Below the pieces are notes generated by a model. It was not told where the DNA came from. It saw only the letters and a list, made by a program, of their open reading frames with translations, and did not search any database. This document shows positions 1 through 11,049 of a stretch of DNA of 64,000 nucleotides, piece by piece; position 1 is the stretch's first letter, and each line of letters starts with the position of its first letter. A program made the translations under genes and the position numbers. Source of the DNA: Vicinamibacteria bacterium (lineage in GTDB: Bacteria > Acidobacteriota > Vicinamibacteria > Marinacidobacterales > Marinacidobacteraceae); contig CAXXLQ010000004.1 in assembly GCA_963668695.2 (NCBI GenBank), forward strand, positions 1,792,001-1,856,000, given 5' to 3'.

Positions 1-277
1 GATACCCGTCCTGCGCGAAATCCGCGTCCACGCCGGTTCTCTCCCGAAAGTTCCGGATCTCCTCCATCGAATACCGCGACAGCGCCACGTTCGCCGCCGT
101 GGTGAACTGCAACCGCACCCCGCCGGCGGCCTTGGCAGTCGAACCCGTCCCCAAAGCGTCCTCCCGCTCGAAGACCACCACCCGGCCGACCTTCCGCTCC
201 GCCAGGTGCGCGGCGATCGAGGCGCCGATCACCCCGCCGCCGACGATGGCTACCTCCGCAAACCGTTCCCCACCCAT
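1..277 (-). CDS. FAD-dependent oxidoreductase (DAO/sarcosine oxidase beta-like), N-terminal part, runs off window
   Basis: Manual translation MGGERFAEVAIVGGGVIGASIAAHLAERKVGRVVVFERE..GTGSTAKAAGGVRLQF; GxGxxG FAD motif; not in ORF track. Confidence 0.85.
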   Translation of the reverse strand, partial: MGGERFAEVAIVGGGVIGASIAAHLAERKVGRVVVFEREDALGTGSTAKAAGGVRLQFTTAANVALSRYSMEEIRNFRERTGVDADFAQDGY

Positions 278-360
278 CACGCTCCGCCCCCCGGGATTTC
301 TTGAATCATCGCTAATTCCGGCATCGGTTTTGGGGCGTCCTCCCGGTAAATTACGCTCCC

Positions 361-1665
<1,305 letters not shown>

Positions 1666-1887
1666 GGTCGGGCGGCCGAGCCATCTGAGCGAGCGGCGCC
1701 GCGCGCTTTGTGGCCCTGCCATCCACTGAGATCGGAAGTCCCGCACGGTCGAGACGGGGCGTTCCGGGTTTGGGACGGAGTGAGAGAGATCGTGCCGATG
1801 GGACCGGCAGCCCGACGCCCGATGGAGGTGGGGGACGTTATCGGCGCGAATCTGTTCATTAACCAATAAGTGTTGGTTTTCGGATCA

Positions 1888-1907
1888 ACACAACGATAAT
1901 GTTGTGT
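1888..1907 (+). promoter_or_regulatory. Inverted repeat around a -10-like hexamer; putative operator/promoter of the DUF6932-HTH pair
   Basis: ACACAAC-GATAAT-GTTGTGT; second IR AACCAA-N6-TTGGTT at 1861-1878. Confidence 0.55.
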
Positions 1908-2347
1908 CTGTGATCGTCGAGTTCGACCCGAAGACCGACTACCTCCCACCAGGCGTCCACGATGCCGAGTGGTGCGACGTTGCCGGTCGCTTCGCTGGCA
2001 ACAGCCACCGCGCGCGGCTCATCGGAGGTCTGCTTGCTGCAGGCCGCAACCTGGCAGCGGCCGGATGTGGGGAGTTGCTGCTGGACGGCAGCTTCGTTGC
2101 GGCGAAGTCGCTGCCGGCGGACTACGACGGCGCCTGGGAAACAGCGGGAGTCGACCCGGACCGGCTGGACCCGGTTCTTCTCGACTTCAGCAACCGCCGT
2201 GCGGCGATGAAGGCGAAGTACTTGGGAGACCTATTCCCGGCGTCGGCGTTTGCTACGCCGGGAGTGCTTTACCGTGACTTCTTTAGGACGGACCGAAACG
2301 GCGTCGAAAAGGGCGTCGTCCTGATCGATCTGGGGAGCTTGCCATGA
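1904..2347 (+). CDS. DUF6932-like putative nucleotidyltransferase
   Basis: LPPGVH N-terminus and LLDGSF..K..PADYD (GS + DxD) motif. Confidence 0.7.
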   Translation: MSVIVEFDPKTDYLPPGVHDAEWCDVAGRFAGNSHRARLIGGLLAAGRNLAAAGCGELLLDGSFVAAKSLPADYDGAWETAGVDPDRLDPVLLDFSNRRAAMKAKYLGDLFPASAFATPGVLYRDFFRTDRNGVEKGVVLIDLGSLP

Positions 2348-2802
2348 TTACCAACGAGAGGCAGTACAAGATCACGCGGAAGAGGGCGGTCGGCTTTGCC
2401 CGCGCGATCGAGCAGTTCGACACGAGGTCGCACGAGTGCACCGACGTGCATCCGCGGCTGCTGCGGGCCGAACTGGAGGCCCTGAAGAGCCAACTGGCGG
2501 ATTTGCGCACAGAGCTTGAGGAGTACGAGCAGTTGAAGTCGGCCGATCTGCCGGCTATTTCGGTGGCGTCGTTCGACGAACTCGCGAACGGCCTGATCAA
2601 GGCCAGGATCGCGGCGGGTCTGAGCCAGCGGGCGCTCGCGCAACGGCTGAATCTGAAGGAGCAGCAGATCCAGCGGTACGAAGCGGAGCGCTATGCGTCT
2701 GCCAGCTATCGGCGACTGTGCGAGGTCGCGCACGCCTCGGGGGTTCGGGTCGAAAACGAGATGCTCCTTCGAGTAGTGCCGGTCAGTCTTGAGGGGCTGT
2801 GA
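2344..2802 (+). CDS. XRE-family HTH regulator / putative antitoxin
   Basis: LIKARIAAGLSQRALAQRLNLKEQQIQRYE HTH; ATGA overlap with upstream gene. Confidence 0.85.
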   Translation: MITNERQYKITRKRAVGFARAIEQFDTRSHECTDVHPRLLRAELEALKSQLADLRTELEEYEQLKSADLPAISVASFDELANGLIKARIAAGLSQRALAQRLNLKEQQIQRYEAERYASASYRRLCEVAHASGVRVENEMLLRVVPVSLEGL

Positions 2803-2980
2803 GGTGGACCCGATCGTTTGGCCCGATCGTTTGGACAGCCGTCCCCACGCCTTGGCTCTATCGGCGAGACGCGCTTTGCGGCCCTGCGGGCCGCGTGCCG
2901 GCCCCCACCGGGAGAACTGGCCGGAGGTCTGGCGTTCCAAGCCGTCCCCGCGCTTATTGCTGGGCGGCGCTCCCCAGCCC

Positions 2981-4108
2981 CTACGCGTGGACGAGCGTCT
3001 CCTCGGCGACCTCGGCGAGGGTCTCGCTGATGATCCCGAGGCTCTCGGTCACTACCTCGGGCTCGGCGCCGAAGCCGATCCGCAGGAAGCCTTCGAGTTC
3101 GAAGTGGTGCGCCGGCACCACCAGCAGGCTCCGCTCGATCCGCAGGCGCTCGATGAGGTCCTCGGACCGGATCGGGTGGTCGTAGCGCACCGCGGCGATC
3201 GCGCCCGCGAGCGGCGGCGTCCAGCTCAGCCGCACCGGGTGGTTCTCATGGGACTCCACCCAGTCGTACACCATCGGCAACTGCCGGCGGATGATGCCCC
3301 GGGTCCGCTCCAGGATGGCCGGCCGCTTGTCGAGGGCGATCTGCGCCAGCCGGTCGGCCAGCCCATTCACCGCGAGGCTGCTGTAGTCCCGGTGGGCCCA
3401 AAGCTCGGCCGCCTTCTCCTCGGTGGTGACCGTCCACCCGACCCGGAGGCCGGGCAGCCCGAAAGCCTTCGAGAGCCCCGCGTTCAGCAGGATCTTCTCG
3501 GTGCGGCCCCAGAAGCTCGGGCAATCCTCGCCGCTCAGTTCGGCGCCCCGATACACCTCGTCGGCGAGCAGCCAGGCGCCCGACCACTCCGCGATCTCCA
3601 CGATCCGGTCCATCTCGGCCTCGGTCAGCACCGCGCCGCTCGGGTTGTTCGGGTTGCAGATCGCGATCATCCGCGTCCGCTCGCTGACCGCCGCTTCGAG
3701 GGCTTCGAGGTCGGGCCGCCAGCCGTTCTCTTCGACCAGCGGGAACGGCACGATCCGCGCGCCGAACGAGCGGCAGGCCCCGATGAGCTGCATGTAGTTC
3801 GGGATCATCGCCACCACCTCGTCGCCGGGCGACAAGGTCGTCAGCGCGGAGAGGAAGTTGGCCTCGGCGGTCCCCGTGGTCACGATGATCTGGTCCACGT
3901 TCGACCCGGGGTAGAGCGCCGCGATGCGCTCCCGGAGCGGGATCGTCCCGTTCGACTGCGGATAGCCGAGCAGCGTGTCCCCGAGGTCCACCTCCCCGGC
4001 GAGTTCGGCGAGCGTCAGGGGGTGCACTCCGCTCTCCGAGATGTTCAGCCGGACGGTGTTTTCCCACCGGCAAAGGCATCGTTCCATCACGAACGGTTCG
4101 AACTTCAT
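2981..4108 (-). CDS. PLP-dependent aminotransferase class I/II
   Basis: CNPNNPSG, ADEVY, SKAFGLPGLRVGW motifs. Confidence 0.93.
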   Translation of the reverse strand: MKFEPFVMERCLCRWENTVRLNISESGVHPLTLAELAGEVDLGDTLLGYPQSNGTIPLRERIAALYPGSNVDQIIVTTGTAEANFLSALTTLSPGDEVVAMIPNYMQLIGACRSFGARIVPFPLVEENGWRPDLEALEAAVSERTRMIAICNPNNPSGAVLTEAEMDRIVEIAEWSGAWLLADEVYRGAELSGEDCPSFWGRTEKILLNAGLSKAFGLPGLRVGWTVTTEEKAAELWAHRDYSSLAVNGLADRLAQIALDKRPAILERTRGIIRRQLPMVYDWVESHENHPVRLSWTPPLAGAIAAVRYDHPIRSEDLIERLRIERSLLVVPAHHFELEGFLRIGFGAEPEVVTESLGIISETLAEVAEETLVHA

Positions 4109-4192
4109 GGGGCGCGGCTCCTCGGGTTGCTGCTGCCGAACCCTCCGGCGGCTGAACCCGCAATCCTAAGCCCACCCGCGTAACATTCCGCC

Positions 4193-5323
4193 GTGATGGA
4201 GCGGAACCCCACCCGCCGGGTCGAAATCGGGAACGTCGCCGTGGGCGGCGGCAATCCGATCGTCGTCCAGAGCATGTGCGCCACCCACACCCAGAACGTG
4301 GAGGCCACCTCCGCCCAGGCCGAGGCGCTCCGCGAGGCCGGCGCCGGGATCGTGCGCATCGCGGTGGACAGCAAGAAGGACGTCGACGCGCTCGCCGAAG
4401 TCCGGAAGCGCACGACCGCCAATCTGGCCGTGGACCTCCAGGAAAGCTACCGGCTCGCCGAGAGCGTCGCCCCGCACGTGGACAAGATCCGCTACAACCC
4501 GGGCCACCTCTGGCACCACGAGACCTCGCTGCCGGTGGCGGACAAGGTGAAGTACCTCGCCGGCGTCGCCGGGGAGCACGACTGCGCCATCCGCGTCGGG
4601 GTCAACTGCGGCTCGATGGATCCGGCGCACCAGGGCCGCTTCCACGGCGACCCGGTGGGCGCGATGGTGGCCTCGGCCGCCGAGCACTGCGAGCTGCTCG
4701 ACTCGTTCGGGTTCACCCGCTACGTGGTCTCGCTCAAGGACTCCGACCCCGCGAACGTGATCGAGGGGAACCGCCGCTTCGCGGCCGAACGGCCCGACGT
4801 GCCGCTCCACCTCGGCGTCACCGAGGCCGGCATGCCCCCCGAGGGCATCATCAAGACCCGGATCGCCTTCGAGCAGCTCGTCAGCCGCGGCATCGGCGAC
4901 ACCGTCCGCGTGTCGCTCACCCTGCCGAACCCCCGGAAACCGGAAGAAGTGAAGGCCGGCCACGAGATCCTCACCGACATCGCGAACGGCCGTTTCCGCT
5001 CGGTCCCGGAGTTCCCGAAGGACAAGCTGAACATCATCTCCTGCCCGTCCTGCTCACGGGTCGAGAACGAGAAGTTCATCGAGCTGGCGGAGGATGTCCG
5101 GGAGATGACCCGCTACGCCGAGCGTCACGCGATCACCATCGCCGTCATGGGCTGCCGGGTGAACGGCCCGGGAGAAACGGACGACGCCGACCTCGGGCTC
5201 TGGTGCGGCCCGGCGTTCGTGAACCTGAAGAAGGGCCCGCAGTCGCTCGGCGCCTACCCCTACGACCAGATCCTCCCCCGGCTGAAGGCCGAGGTGGACC
5301 GCCTGATCGCCGACCGGGTCTGA
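4193..5323 (+). CDS. ispG: 4-hydroxy-3-methylbut-2-enyl diphosphate synthase
   Basis: [46 protein letters not shown]. Confidence 0.96.
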   Translation: MMERNPTRRVEIGNVAVGGGNPIVVQSMCATHTQNVEATSAQAEALREAGAGIVRIAVDSKKDVDALAEVRKRTTANLAVDLQESYRLAESVAPHVDKIRYNPGHLWHHETSLPVADKVKYLAGVAGEHDCAIRVGVNCGSMDPAHQGRFHGDPVGAMVASAAEHCELLDSFGFTRYVVSLKDSDPANVIEGNRRFAAERPDVPLHLGVTEAGMPPEGIIKTRIAFEQLVSRGIGDTVRVSLTLPNPRKPEEVKAGHEILTDIANGRFRSVPEFPKDKLNIISCPSCSRVENEKFIELAEDVREMTRYAERHAITIAVMGCRVNGPGETDDADLGLWCGPAFVNLKKGPQSLGAYPYDQILPRLKAEVDRLIADRV

Positions 5324-5324
5324 G

Positions 5325-5511
5325 CGGTCGATAGACAGAGTCACGCGGCCCAGTCCTCCCGGTGGGGGCTCGGCCAGCGATGCATCCCGGCTGACCGCTT
5401 CGCTCTGCGTTGCGATCCGGTCGGAATACGGTCTGTATGCCTTCCGAATCGCGCCTTGTCAGCCGGGCGCCTCCCCGACCTCGGCGCTCACATCACTCTG
5501 TCTACCGGCCG
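5325..5511. mobile_element. MITE-like element family A, copy 1 (intergenic, between convergent stops)
   Basis: Terminal IR CGGTCGATAGACAGAGT / ACTCTGTCTACCGGCCG; core GCGATGCATCCCGGCTGA..GCGCCTTGTCAGCCGGGCGCCTC shared with five other copies. Confidence 0.8.
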
Positions 5512-5512
5512 C

Positions 5513-6445
5513 TTAGCCGGCGTCCGGCGAGTCGGCCGGATCCCGCCGCGCGGCCATGTCCTGCTGGCGGGCGGCGAAAGAAAGCTGGTGGTTGGCCAGC
5601 TGCCGCCGCCGGGTAAAGAGCCACTCGTTCAGCTCGGGAGCCGCGATTTCCGGCGCCTCCCGCACCTCTTTCTCCACGAACCCGAGGATGGTCTCGAGGA
5701 AGAAATCCTCTTCGCCCGGATAGCCCTCGTCCGTCGGGACGACGCGCCAATCGGAACGGCCCACGGCCAGTTCCGAAAAACCCGACCCCGGGAGGCGGAC
5801 CTCCCCGAGCAGCCGTTCCCCGGCGATGGGGTCCCCGCCGCGGTCTCCGGCCATGCTGGCGTGGTAGCACACCAGGAGCCGCCGGTCGAGCTCGTGCGGC
5901 GGTCCGAAGCGGGTCACTCCGGCGAAGGTGAGCGTGGCGTAGAAGATGCCGCCCGCAGCCAGCAGCCGCCGGCCGAGCGATAGCGCCGTGCCCCGCCCGA
6001 GGAGGTCCCAAAAGGACTGGGCGAGCAGCAAGTCGAAGGCCCCGTCCTCCCGCGGGTCGAACCCCCGCGGTATGGCGGCTTCGCGAAACCGCACGTCGAA
6101 GGCCCGCCCGCCGCCCCCGAAGCGGAGCCGGTTCGCGTCCTCTTCCTCCATCCGGAATCCCGCCGCGTCGGCCCACGCGTGGACTTCCTGCCGGTAGACG
6201 GCGAGCGGGACGGGGTCGCGGTCCACTACGGTGAACTCCACCTGCGGAAACGGCGCGAACAATCGGGTCCATTGCCGGAACGCGCCCCCGGCGCCACCTC
6301 CGCACTCGAGGACCCGGAGCGGCCGGTCCGCCGGCATCCGCGCGAGGGCCTGCGCAACCGCGTTGCGCACCGCGAGATTGACGCCGCGCGCATCCACTGA
6401 GGCCTTCGCCCGCAGATAGCGGACGCCACCCCCCCCGTGGGGCAC
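5513..6445 (-). CDS. Class I SAM-dependent methyltransferase
   Basis: RVLECGGGAG motif I; FDLLLAQSFWDL. Confidence 0.75.
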   Translation of the reverse strand: MPHGGGGVRYLRAKASVDARGVNLAVRNAVAQALARMPADRPLRVLECGGGAGGAFRQWTRLFAPFPQVEFTVVDRDPVPLAVYRQEVHAWADAAGFRMEEEDANRLRFGGGGRAFDVRFREAAIPRGFDPREDGAFDLLLAQSFWDLLGRGTALSLGRRLLAAGGIFYATLTFAGVTRFGPPHELDRRLLVCYHASMAGDRGGDPIAGERLLGEVRLPGSGFSELAVGRSDWRVVPTDEGYPGEEDFFLETILGFVEKEVREAPEIAAPELNEWLFTRRRQLANHQLSFAARQQDMAARRDPADSPDAG

Positions 6446-6450
6446 GGTCC

Positions 6451-6537
6451 TTACTTCTTGCGCTGCTTCGGCCGTTTTTTCCCGGTGGTGCCCTGGAAGA
6501 TCTTGCCGCGTTTGGTGCGCCGGTCGCCTTTACCCAT
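6451..6537 (-). CDS. thx: 30S ribosomal protein bTHX (Thx), 28 aa
   Basis: MGKGDRRTKRGKIFQGTTGKKRPKQRKK matches the Thx/PSRP4 MGKGDxxTxRGK signature; below ORF-track cutoff. Confidence 0.92.
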   Translation of the reverse strand: MGKGDRRTKRGKIFQGTTGKKRPKQRKK

Positions 6538-6614
6538 AAGACGCGGGATTGTATCGATGTTGTGAGGAGCGCCGGGGGTGCGTTGCGCAGCCCGTGGCTA
6601 GGTGGGGGCGACGA

Positions 6615-6805
6615 GGGTGATTGGGTTTGGGAGTTTCGCGGCCCTGCGGGCCGCGATGCCGGTCTGAAGACCGGCGCTCCTACGCTCCTGCGCCATCCCC
6701 GGTTAGTCCAGCGCGAGGCGGGTGATTGGGTTTGGGAGTTTCGCCTCCCTGCGGTCTGCGATGCTGGCCAGTTCTCCCGGTGGGGGCCTGAAGACCGGCG
6801 CTCCG
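6615..6805. repeat. Two tandem REP-like (family B) units; the second carries the 21-bp insert
   Basis: GGGTGATTGGGTTTGGGAGTTTCGC..GCGATGC..CTGAAGACCGGCGCTCC occurs twice. Confidence 0.85.
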
Positions 6806-6846
6806 ATGGTCCCAGGGGCTTGCGTGCTGTTCCTTACAATCAGCGC

Positions 6847-7602
6847 ATGCGTATCGACCTCAACTGCGACATGGGCGAAAGCTTCGGCAACTACGAACTC
6901 GGGTGCGACGAGGAGATCCTCGAGATCGTCACTTCGGCGAACGTCGCCTGCGGTTTCCACGCCGGCGATCCGGTCATCATGGACCGGACGGTGGGGCTCG
7001 CGATGGAACGCGGGGTCGCGATCGGGGCCCACCCCGGCCACCACGATCTCCGGGGCTTCGGCCGGCGCCCGATCCAGGCCCCGGCGGACGAGGTCGAGGC
7101 GGACGTTCTCTACCAGGTGGGCGCCCTCGCCGCCTTCGTCCGCTCCCACAACGGACGGATGGTCCACGTGAAGCCGCACGGAGCCCTTTACAACCAGGCG
7201 GTGGCCGACCCGAAGCTTTCCGCCGCGCTCGCCCGGGCGGTGGCGCGGGCCGACAAGGGCCTCGTCTTCGTGGGGCTCGCCACCTCGAGCGCGATGCGCG
7301 AGGCCGCCGAGGCCGAGGGCCTCCGCTTCGCGGGCGAGGCGTTCGCCGACCGGGTCTACAACCCCGACGGGACGCTCCAGTCGCGCCGGATCCCGGGTTC
7401 CGTCATCCACGATCCCGAGAAAGCCGCGGCGCAGGCGGTCGCGATCGCCCACGGAACGGTGATCGCCCACGACGGCACCGAGGTTCCGGTGGCCGCCGAG
7501 ACGCTCTGCCTCCACGGCGACAACCCGGCGGCGCTCGAAAACGCCCGCACCGTCCGGCGCCGGCTCGAAGCGTCCGGCGTCGCCGTCCGCCCCCTCGGCT
7601 GA
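6847..7602 (+). CDS. pxpA: 5-oxoprolinase subunit A (LamB/YcsF)
   Basis: MRIDLNCDMGESFG, ACGFHAGDP, HVKPHGALYN, CLHGD. Confidence 0.95.
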   Translation: MRIDLNCDMGESFGNYELGCDEEILEIVTSANVACGFHAGDPVIMDRTVGLAMERGVAIGAHPGHHDLRGFGRRPIQAPADEVEADVLYQVGALAAFVRSHNGRMVHVKPHGALYNQAVADPKLSAALARAVARADKGLVFVGLATSSAMREAAEAEGLRFAGEAFADRVYNPDGTLQSRRIPGSVIHDPEKAAAQAVAIAHGTVIAHDGTEVPVAAETLCLHGDNPAALENARTVRRRLEASGVAVRPLG

Positions 7603-7678
7603 CCACGCCCCCTCGGCTGACCACGCCCCCTCGGGAGCCCGCGCAGGTGTCCAGCCCGGGCGAGCCGTACCTGCCGAA

Positions 7679-7848
7679 CAGCCCGTGAATCAAGTAGCCC
7701 GGCATTCGACCGGCGATGCATCCCGGCTGAACCGCTGCGCTCTGCGTTGCAAATCAGTCGGAATACACTCGGTATGCCTCCCGATTTGCGTCTTGTCAGC
7801 CGGGCGCCTCGCCACTCTCGGTGCTCGACCTGCTCTATCCACGGACTG
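7679..7848. mobile_element. MITE-like family A copy 2, inserted in the 5' end of pxpB
   Basis: Ends CAGCCCGTG..CACGGACTG followed by TTAA; shared core. Confidence 0.8.
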
Positions 7849-9473
7849 TTAACGCGGGCGAAGCGGCCTTCGCGGTCGAGTTCGGGAACGAAATCTCGCT
7901 TGAGCTGAACCGGAAGGCCACCGCGCTGGCGGCGCTGCTCGAACGGGAGCCCTTCCAGGGATACCGGGAAGCGGTCCCCACCTTCCGCTCGGTGCTCGTC
8001 TTCCACGATCCGGAGGCGGACCCGGACGCCATCCGCGCCCACGCGCTCGAACTCGCGCGCCGCGCCGGCGGGGAACCCGAGCCGGAACCGCGCCTGCTGG
8101 AGATCCCGTGCGTCTATGACGGCGAGGACCTTCGGGACGTGGCGGCGCAGATCGGGGTGTCCGTGGAGGAGCTGATCCGGATCCATTCCGGACGCGACTA
8201 CCGCGTCTACATCATCGGCTTCACGCCGGGGTTCCCGTACCTCGGGATGGCCGACCCGCGCCTCGACATCCCGCGCCGCCCGGTCCCGCGGGTGCGCGTC
8301 CCGGCGGGGGCGGTCGCCATGGCCCGCGCGCAGACCGGCATCTACCCGTGGGTGACGCCCGGCGGCTGGCACCTCCTCGGGCGGATGGACCCGGCGCTGC
8401 TCTTCGATCCCGGGAAGAGTCCGCCGAGCGGCTGCGTGCCGGGCGATCAGGTGCGGTTCCTGCCGGTCACCGAACTGCCGGAACGCCCGGCGGCGGAAAC
8501 GCCCGCGCCTCCGCCCCCCGAGGGGCCGCCGGCCTGCGAGGTGGAACGCGGCGGGCTCCTCACCACCGTCCAGGACCTCGGCCGTCCCGGGTACCAGCGC
8601 TACGGCGTCCCCTGGTCGGGGGCGGCCGATCCGGCGTCCCTGATCTTCGCGAACCGGGCGGTCGGGAACCCGGACGGCGCCGCCGGGCTCGAATGCACCC
8701 TGCTGGGCCCCGTGCTCCGCTTTCTGCAGCCGGTGCTCGCGGCGCTCGGCGGCGCCGACCACCGCGCGGTCCTGCACCTGCCGGGGGGCGGGCGCTGGCA
8801 GGTTCCCGTGGGGACTTCCTTCCTGGCCCCGGCGGGAAGCGCCCTCCGCTTCGCGGGGCCCCCGGGCGGGATGCGGGCCTACCTCGCCTTCGCCGGCGGC
8901 ATTGCAGTTCCCGAAGTGCTGGGATCGCGCGCCACCTACCTCACCGCCGCTCTCGGGGGCTTCGAGGGCCGCGCGCTCCGCCCCGGCGACCGGCTCCACG
9001 TCGGACCGGCCCCGGCCGGCGCCCGGGAAAACCGCTACGAACCGGGCGCCCGCCGCACGGCCGAGACCGGGCCCCTCCGGCTCCGGATCAGCCTCGGACC
9101 GCAGGAGGACTGCTTCACCGAGCAGTGCCTGGGGACGCTGGCCGAGCTGCGCTTCACGGTCTCGAACGACTCGAACCGGATGGGCGTCCGGCTCGACGGC
9201 CCCATCCTCGAACACCGCGAGGGGATGAAGGAGATCGTCTCGGACGCCAACCCGCACGGGACGATCCAGGTGCCCCCGGGCGGCCACCCCATCGTCATGG
9301 GCGCCGATCAGGGCATCACCGGCGGCTACCCGAAGATCGGGAACGTGGTCGCCCCCGATCTCGCCCGCCTGGCCCAGGCGCTCCCGGGCGCCGGGGTGGG
9401 TCTGGACATCGTCTCGCTGGACGAGGCCCGCGAGATCACGCTCGCGGATCTGGCCCGATTGCGGGAGGTTTGA
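7821..9473 (+). CDS. pxpBC: Fused 5-oxoprolinase subunits B+C; ancestral start probably GTG 7647
   Basis: IGFTPGFPYLG, TPGGWHLLG (PxpB); LLTTVQDLGRPG, SNRMGVRL, TGGYPKIG (PxpC). Confidence 0.92.
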   Translation: MLDLLYPRTVNAGEAAFAVEFGNEISLELNRKATALAALLEREPFQGYREAVPTFRSVLVFHDPEADPDAIRAHALELARRAGGEPEPEPRLLEIPCVYDGEDLRDVAAQIGVSVEELIRIHSGRDYRVYIIGFTPGFPYLGMADPRLDIPRRPVPRVRVPAGAVAMARAQTGIYPWVTPGGWHLLGRMDPALLFDPGKSPPSGCVPGDQVRFLPVTELPERPAAETPAPPPPEGPPACEVERGGLLTTVQDLGRPGYQRYGVPWSGAADPASLIFANRAVGNPDGAAGLECTLLGPVLRFLQPVLAALGGADHRAVLHLPGGGRWQVPVGTSFLAPAGSALRFAGPPGGMRAYLAFAGGIAVPEVLGSRATYLTAALGGFEGRALRPGDRLHVGPAPAGARENRYEPGARRTAETGPLRLRISLGPQEDCFTEQCLGTLAELRFTVSNDSNRMGVRLDGPILEHREGMKEIVSDANPHGTIQVPPGGHPIVMGADQGITGGYPKIGNVVAPDLARLAQALPGAGVGLDIVSLDEAREITLADLARLREV

Positions 9474-9520
9474 GGGGGAGGCTTGAGGGGAGGTTTGAGC
9501 CTCACCGAGTGAGAACTCAG

Positions 9521-9557
9521 CCTTGAAAATTGGAAGCCGGACATCCAATTTTCAAGG
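9521..9557. terminator. Perfect 14-bp stem hairpin between convergent genes; possible bidirectional terminator
   Basis: CCTTGAAAATTGGA-N9-TCCAATTTTCAAGG. Confidence 0.55.
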
Positions 9558-9573
9558 ATTTTCGGGCTGAGCG

Positions 9574-10026
9574 TCAGACGTTCCGGGCCGGCCCGACCTC
9601 CGCCGAGACGCCGAACAGATCCGCGATCTTCTCCGCGAGCAGGTCCCGCGTCTCCCGGAACCGGAGCAGCATCTCCTCCTCGCCCCAGGCCTCGGCCGGA
9701 TCCTCGAGCGGCCAGTGGAGACGCCGCACCGCAGCCGGCACCACCGGGCAGACCTCCTCGGCGCAGAGGGTGACCACCAGGTCGGCGCGCTCGAGGTGGA
9801 TTTCGGCCATCCCCTTCGAGCGCGCCCCGCTGATGTCGATCCCGACCTCGGCCAGCACCCGTATCGCCATGGGATGGACCCGCCAGGGGTTCGACCCGGC
9901 GCTCAGCACCATCGTCCCCCGGGGGGCGATCCGGCGGGCGAGCGCCTCGGCGAGCTGACTCCGCGCCGAGTTGGCGACGCAGAGGAACACAATGGTTCGG
10001 GGAGCGTTCTCTTCCGGAGTGGCCAC
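9574..10026 (-). CDS. arsC: Arsenate reductase / LMW phosphatase family
   Basis: FLCVANSARSQLAE P-loop; CAEEVCP; HWPLEDP. Confidence 0.85.
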   Translation of the reverse strand: MATPEENAPRTIVFLCVANSARSQLAEALARRIAPRGTMVLSAGSNPWRVHPMAIRVLAEVGIDISGARSKGMAEIHLERADLVVTLCAEEVCPVVPAAVRRLHWPLEDPAEAWGEEEMLLRFRETRDLLAEKIADLFGVSAEVGPARNV

Positions 10027-10305
10027 GGTCGCCCGGATTCTACGGACGCCATCCCGGATTTCTCATAGCGGCGATCCCGGCGGTGGTGCGCGAGGAGCAA
10101 GCCCCGATCCGGGCTATTCTTCTGGCCCCCCGAACCGTTCTCCGGCGCGTTCCGGAACCCCGGTTCCGCGGGGCCGATTCGGAGCCTCCGAATCCTGAAT
10201 CGCCCCGACTCGTTCCCCTCGTGATGCCCTGTTCGTGATGCCCTGTTCGTGATGCCCCGTAGCGCGCCCCCTGCCGCGACGCAGCGCGCCCGGACTCCCA
10301 CCACC

Positions 10306-11037
10306 GTGAGGAACCTCCTGCGGACGATGCTCGCCCTCGGCCTGGTTCCCCTCCTCGCCTTCGCCGCCTGCGGCGATGCGGAGGTGGCGGAACAGATTTC
10401 CGAAGCCCGCGAGATCGCCGTCCCCCCCGCGCCCACCCCGGCGGACGAGACCGATTCCCGCCCGGCGCTGATCGCCTTCGGGGACAGCCTCACCGCCGGC
10501 TACGGGATCGAGCCGACGGAGGCCTGGCCCGCCCGGCTTCAGGAACTCCTCGATGCCGAGGATCTCGGCTACCGGGTCGTGAGCGCCGGGGTGTCCGGGG
10601 AGACGACCTCCGGCGGACTCCGCCGCCTCCCCTGGGTGCTCGACCGGAACCCGTCCGCGGAAGTGGTGGTCATCGCCCTCGGCGGCAACGACGGGCTTCG
10701 CGGCATTCCGGTGGACGTGATGATGGACAACCTGCGGGGCATGATCCGGGAGGCGGAAGGACGCGGCCTCACGGTGCTGCTGGCCGGGGTCCCCACGCCC
10801 CCCGAACTCGGGCGGGACTACGAGGAGGGCTTCGCGGAGACCTTCCGCGAGGTCGCGGTCGACACCGGCGTTCCCCTGCTGCCAAGTCTGCTCGCAGGGG
10901 TGGCGGGCGTCGCCGAGCTCAACCAGCGGGACGGAATCCATCCGAACGCCGAAGGGGCGCGACTGCTGGCGGAGACCGCCTTCGAGGCCCTGAAACCCCT
11001 GCTCACGGAACCTTCCGGGGCGGCCGGCGTTCGCTGA
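10306..11037 (+). CDS. Arylesterase (TesA-like SGNH hydrolase), lipoprotein
   Basis: FGDSLTAG, GVSGETT, LGGNDG, DGIHP; lipobox FAAC. Confidence 0.92.
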   Translation: MRNLLRTMLALGLVPLLAFAACGDAEVAEQISEAREIAVPPAPTPADETDSRPALIAFGDSLTAGYGIEPTEAWPARLQELLDAEDLGYRVVSAGVSGETTSGGLRRLPWVLDRNPSAEVVVIALGGNDGLRGIPVDVMMDNLRGMIREAEGRGLTVLLAGVPTPPELGRDYEEGFAETFREVAVDTGVPLLPSLLAGVAGVAELNQRDGIHPNAEGARLLAETAFEALKPLLTEPSGAAGVR

Positions 11038-11049
11038 GGGGGCGTTAGG

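Noticed and set aside
7686-7697. Selenocysteine/readthrough of TGA upstream of pxpB
   Set aside because: A second in-frame stop (TAG) follows, and both lie within the MITE.
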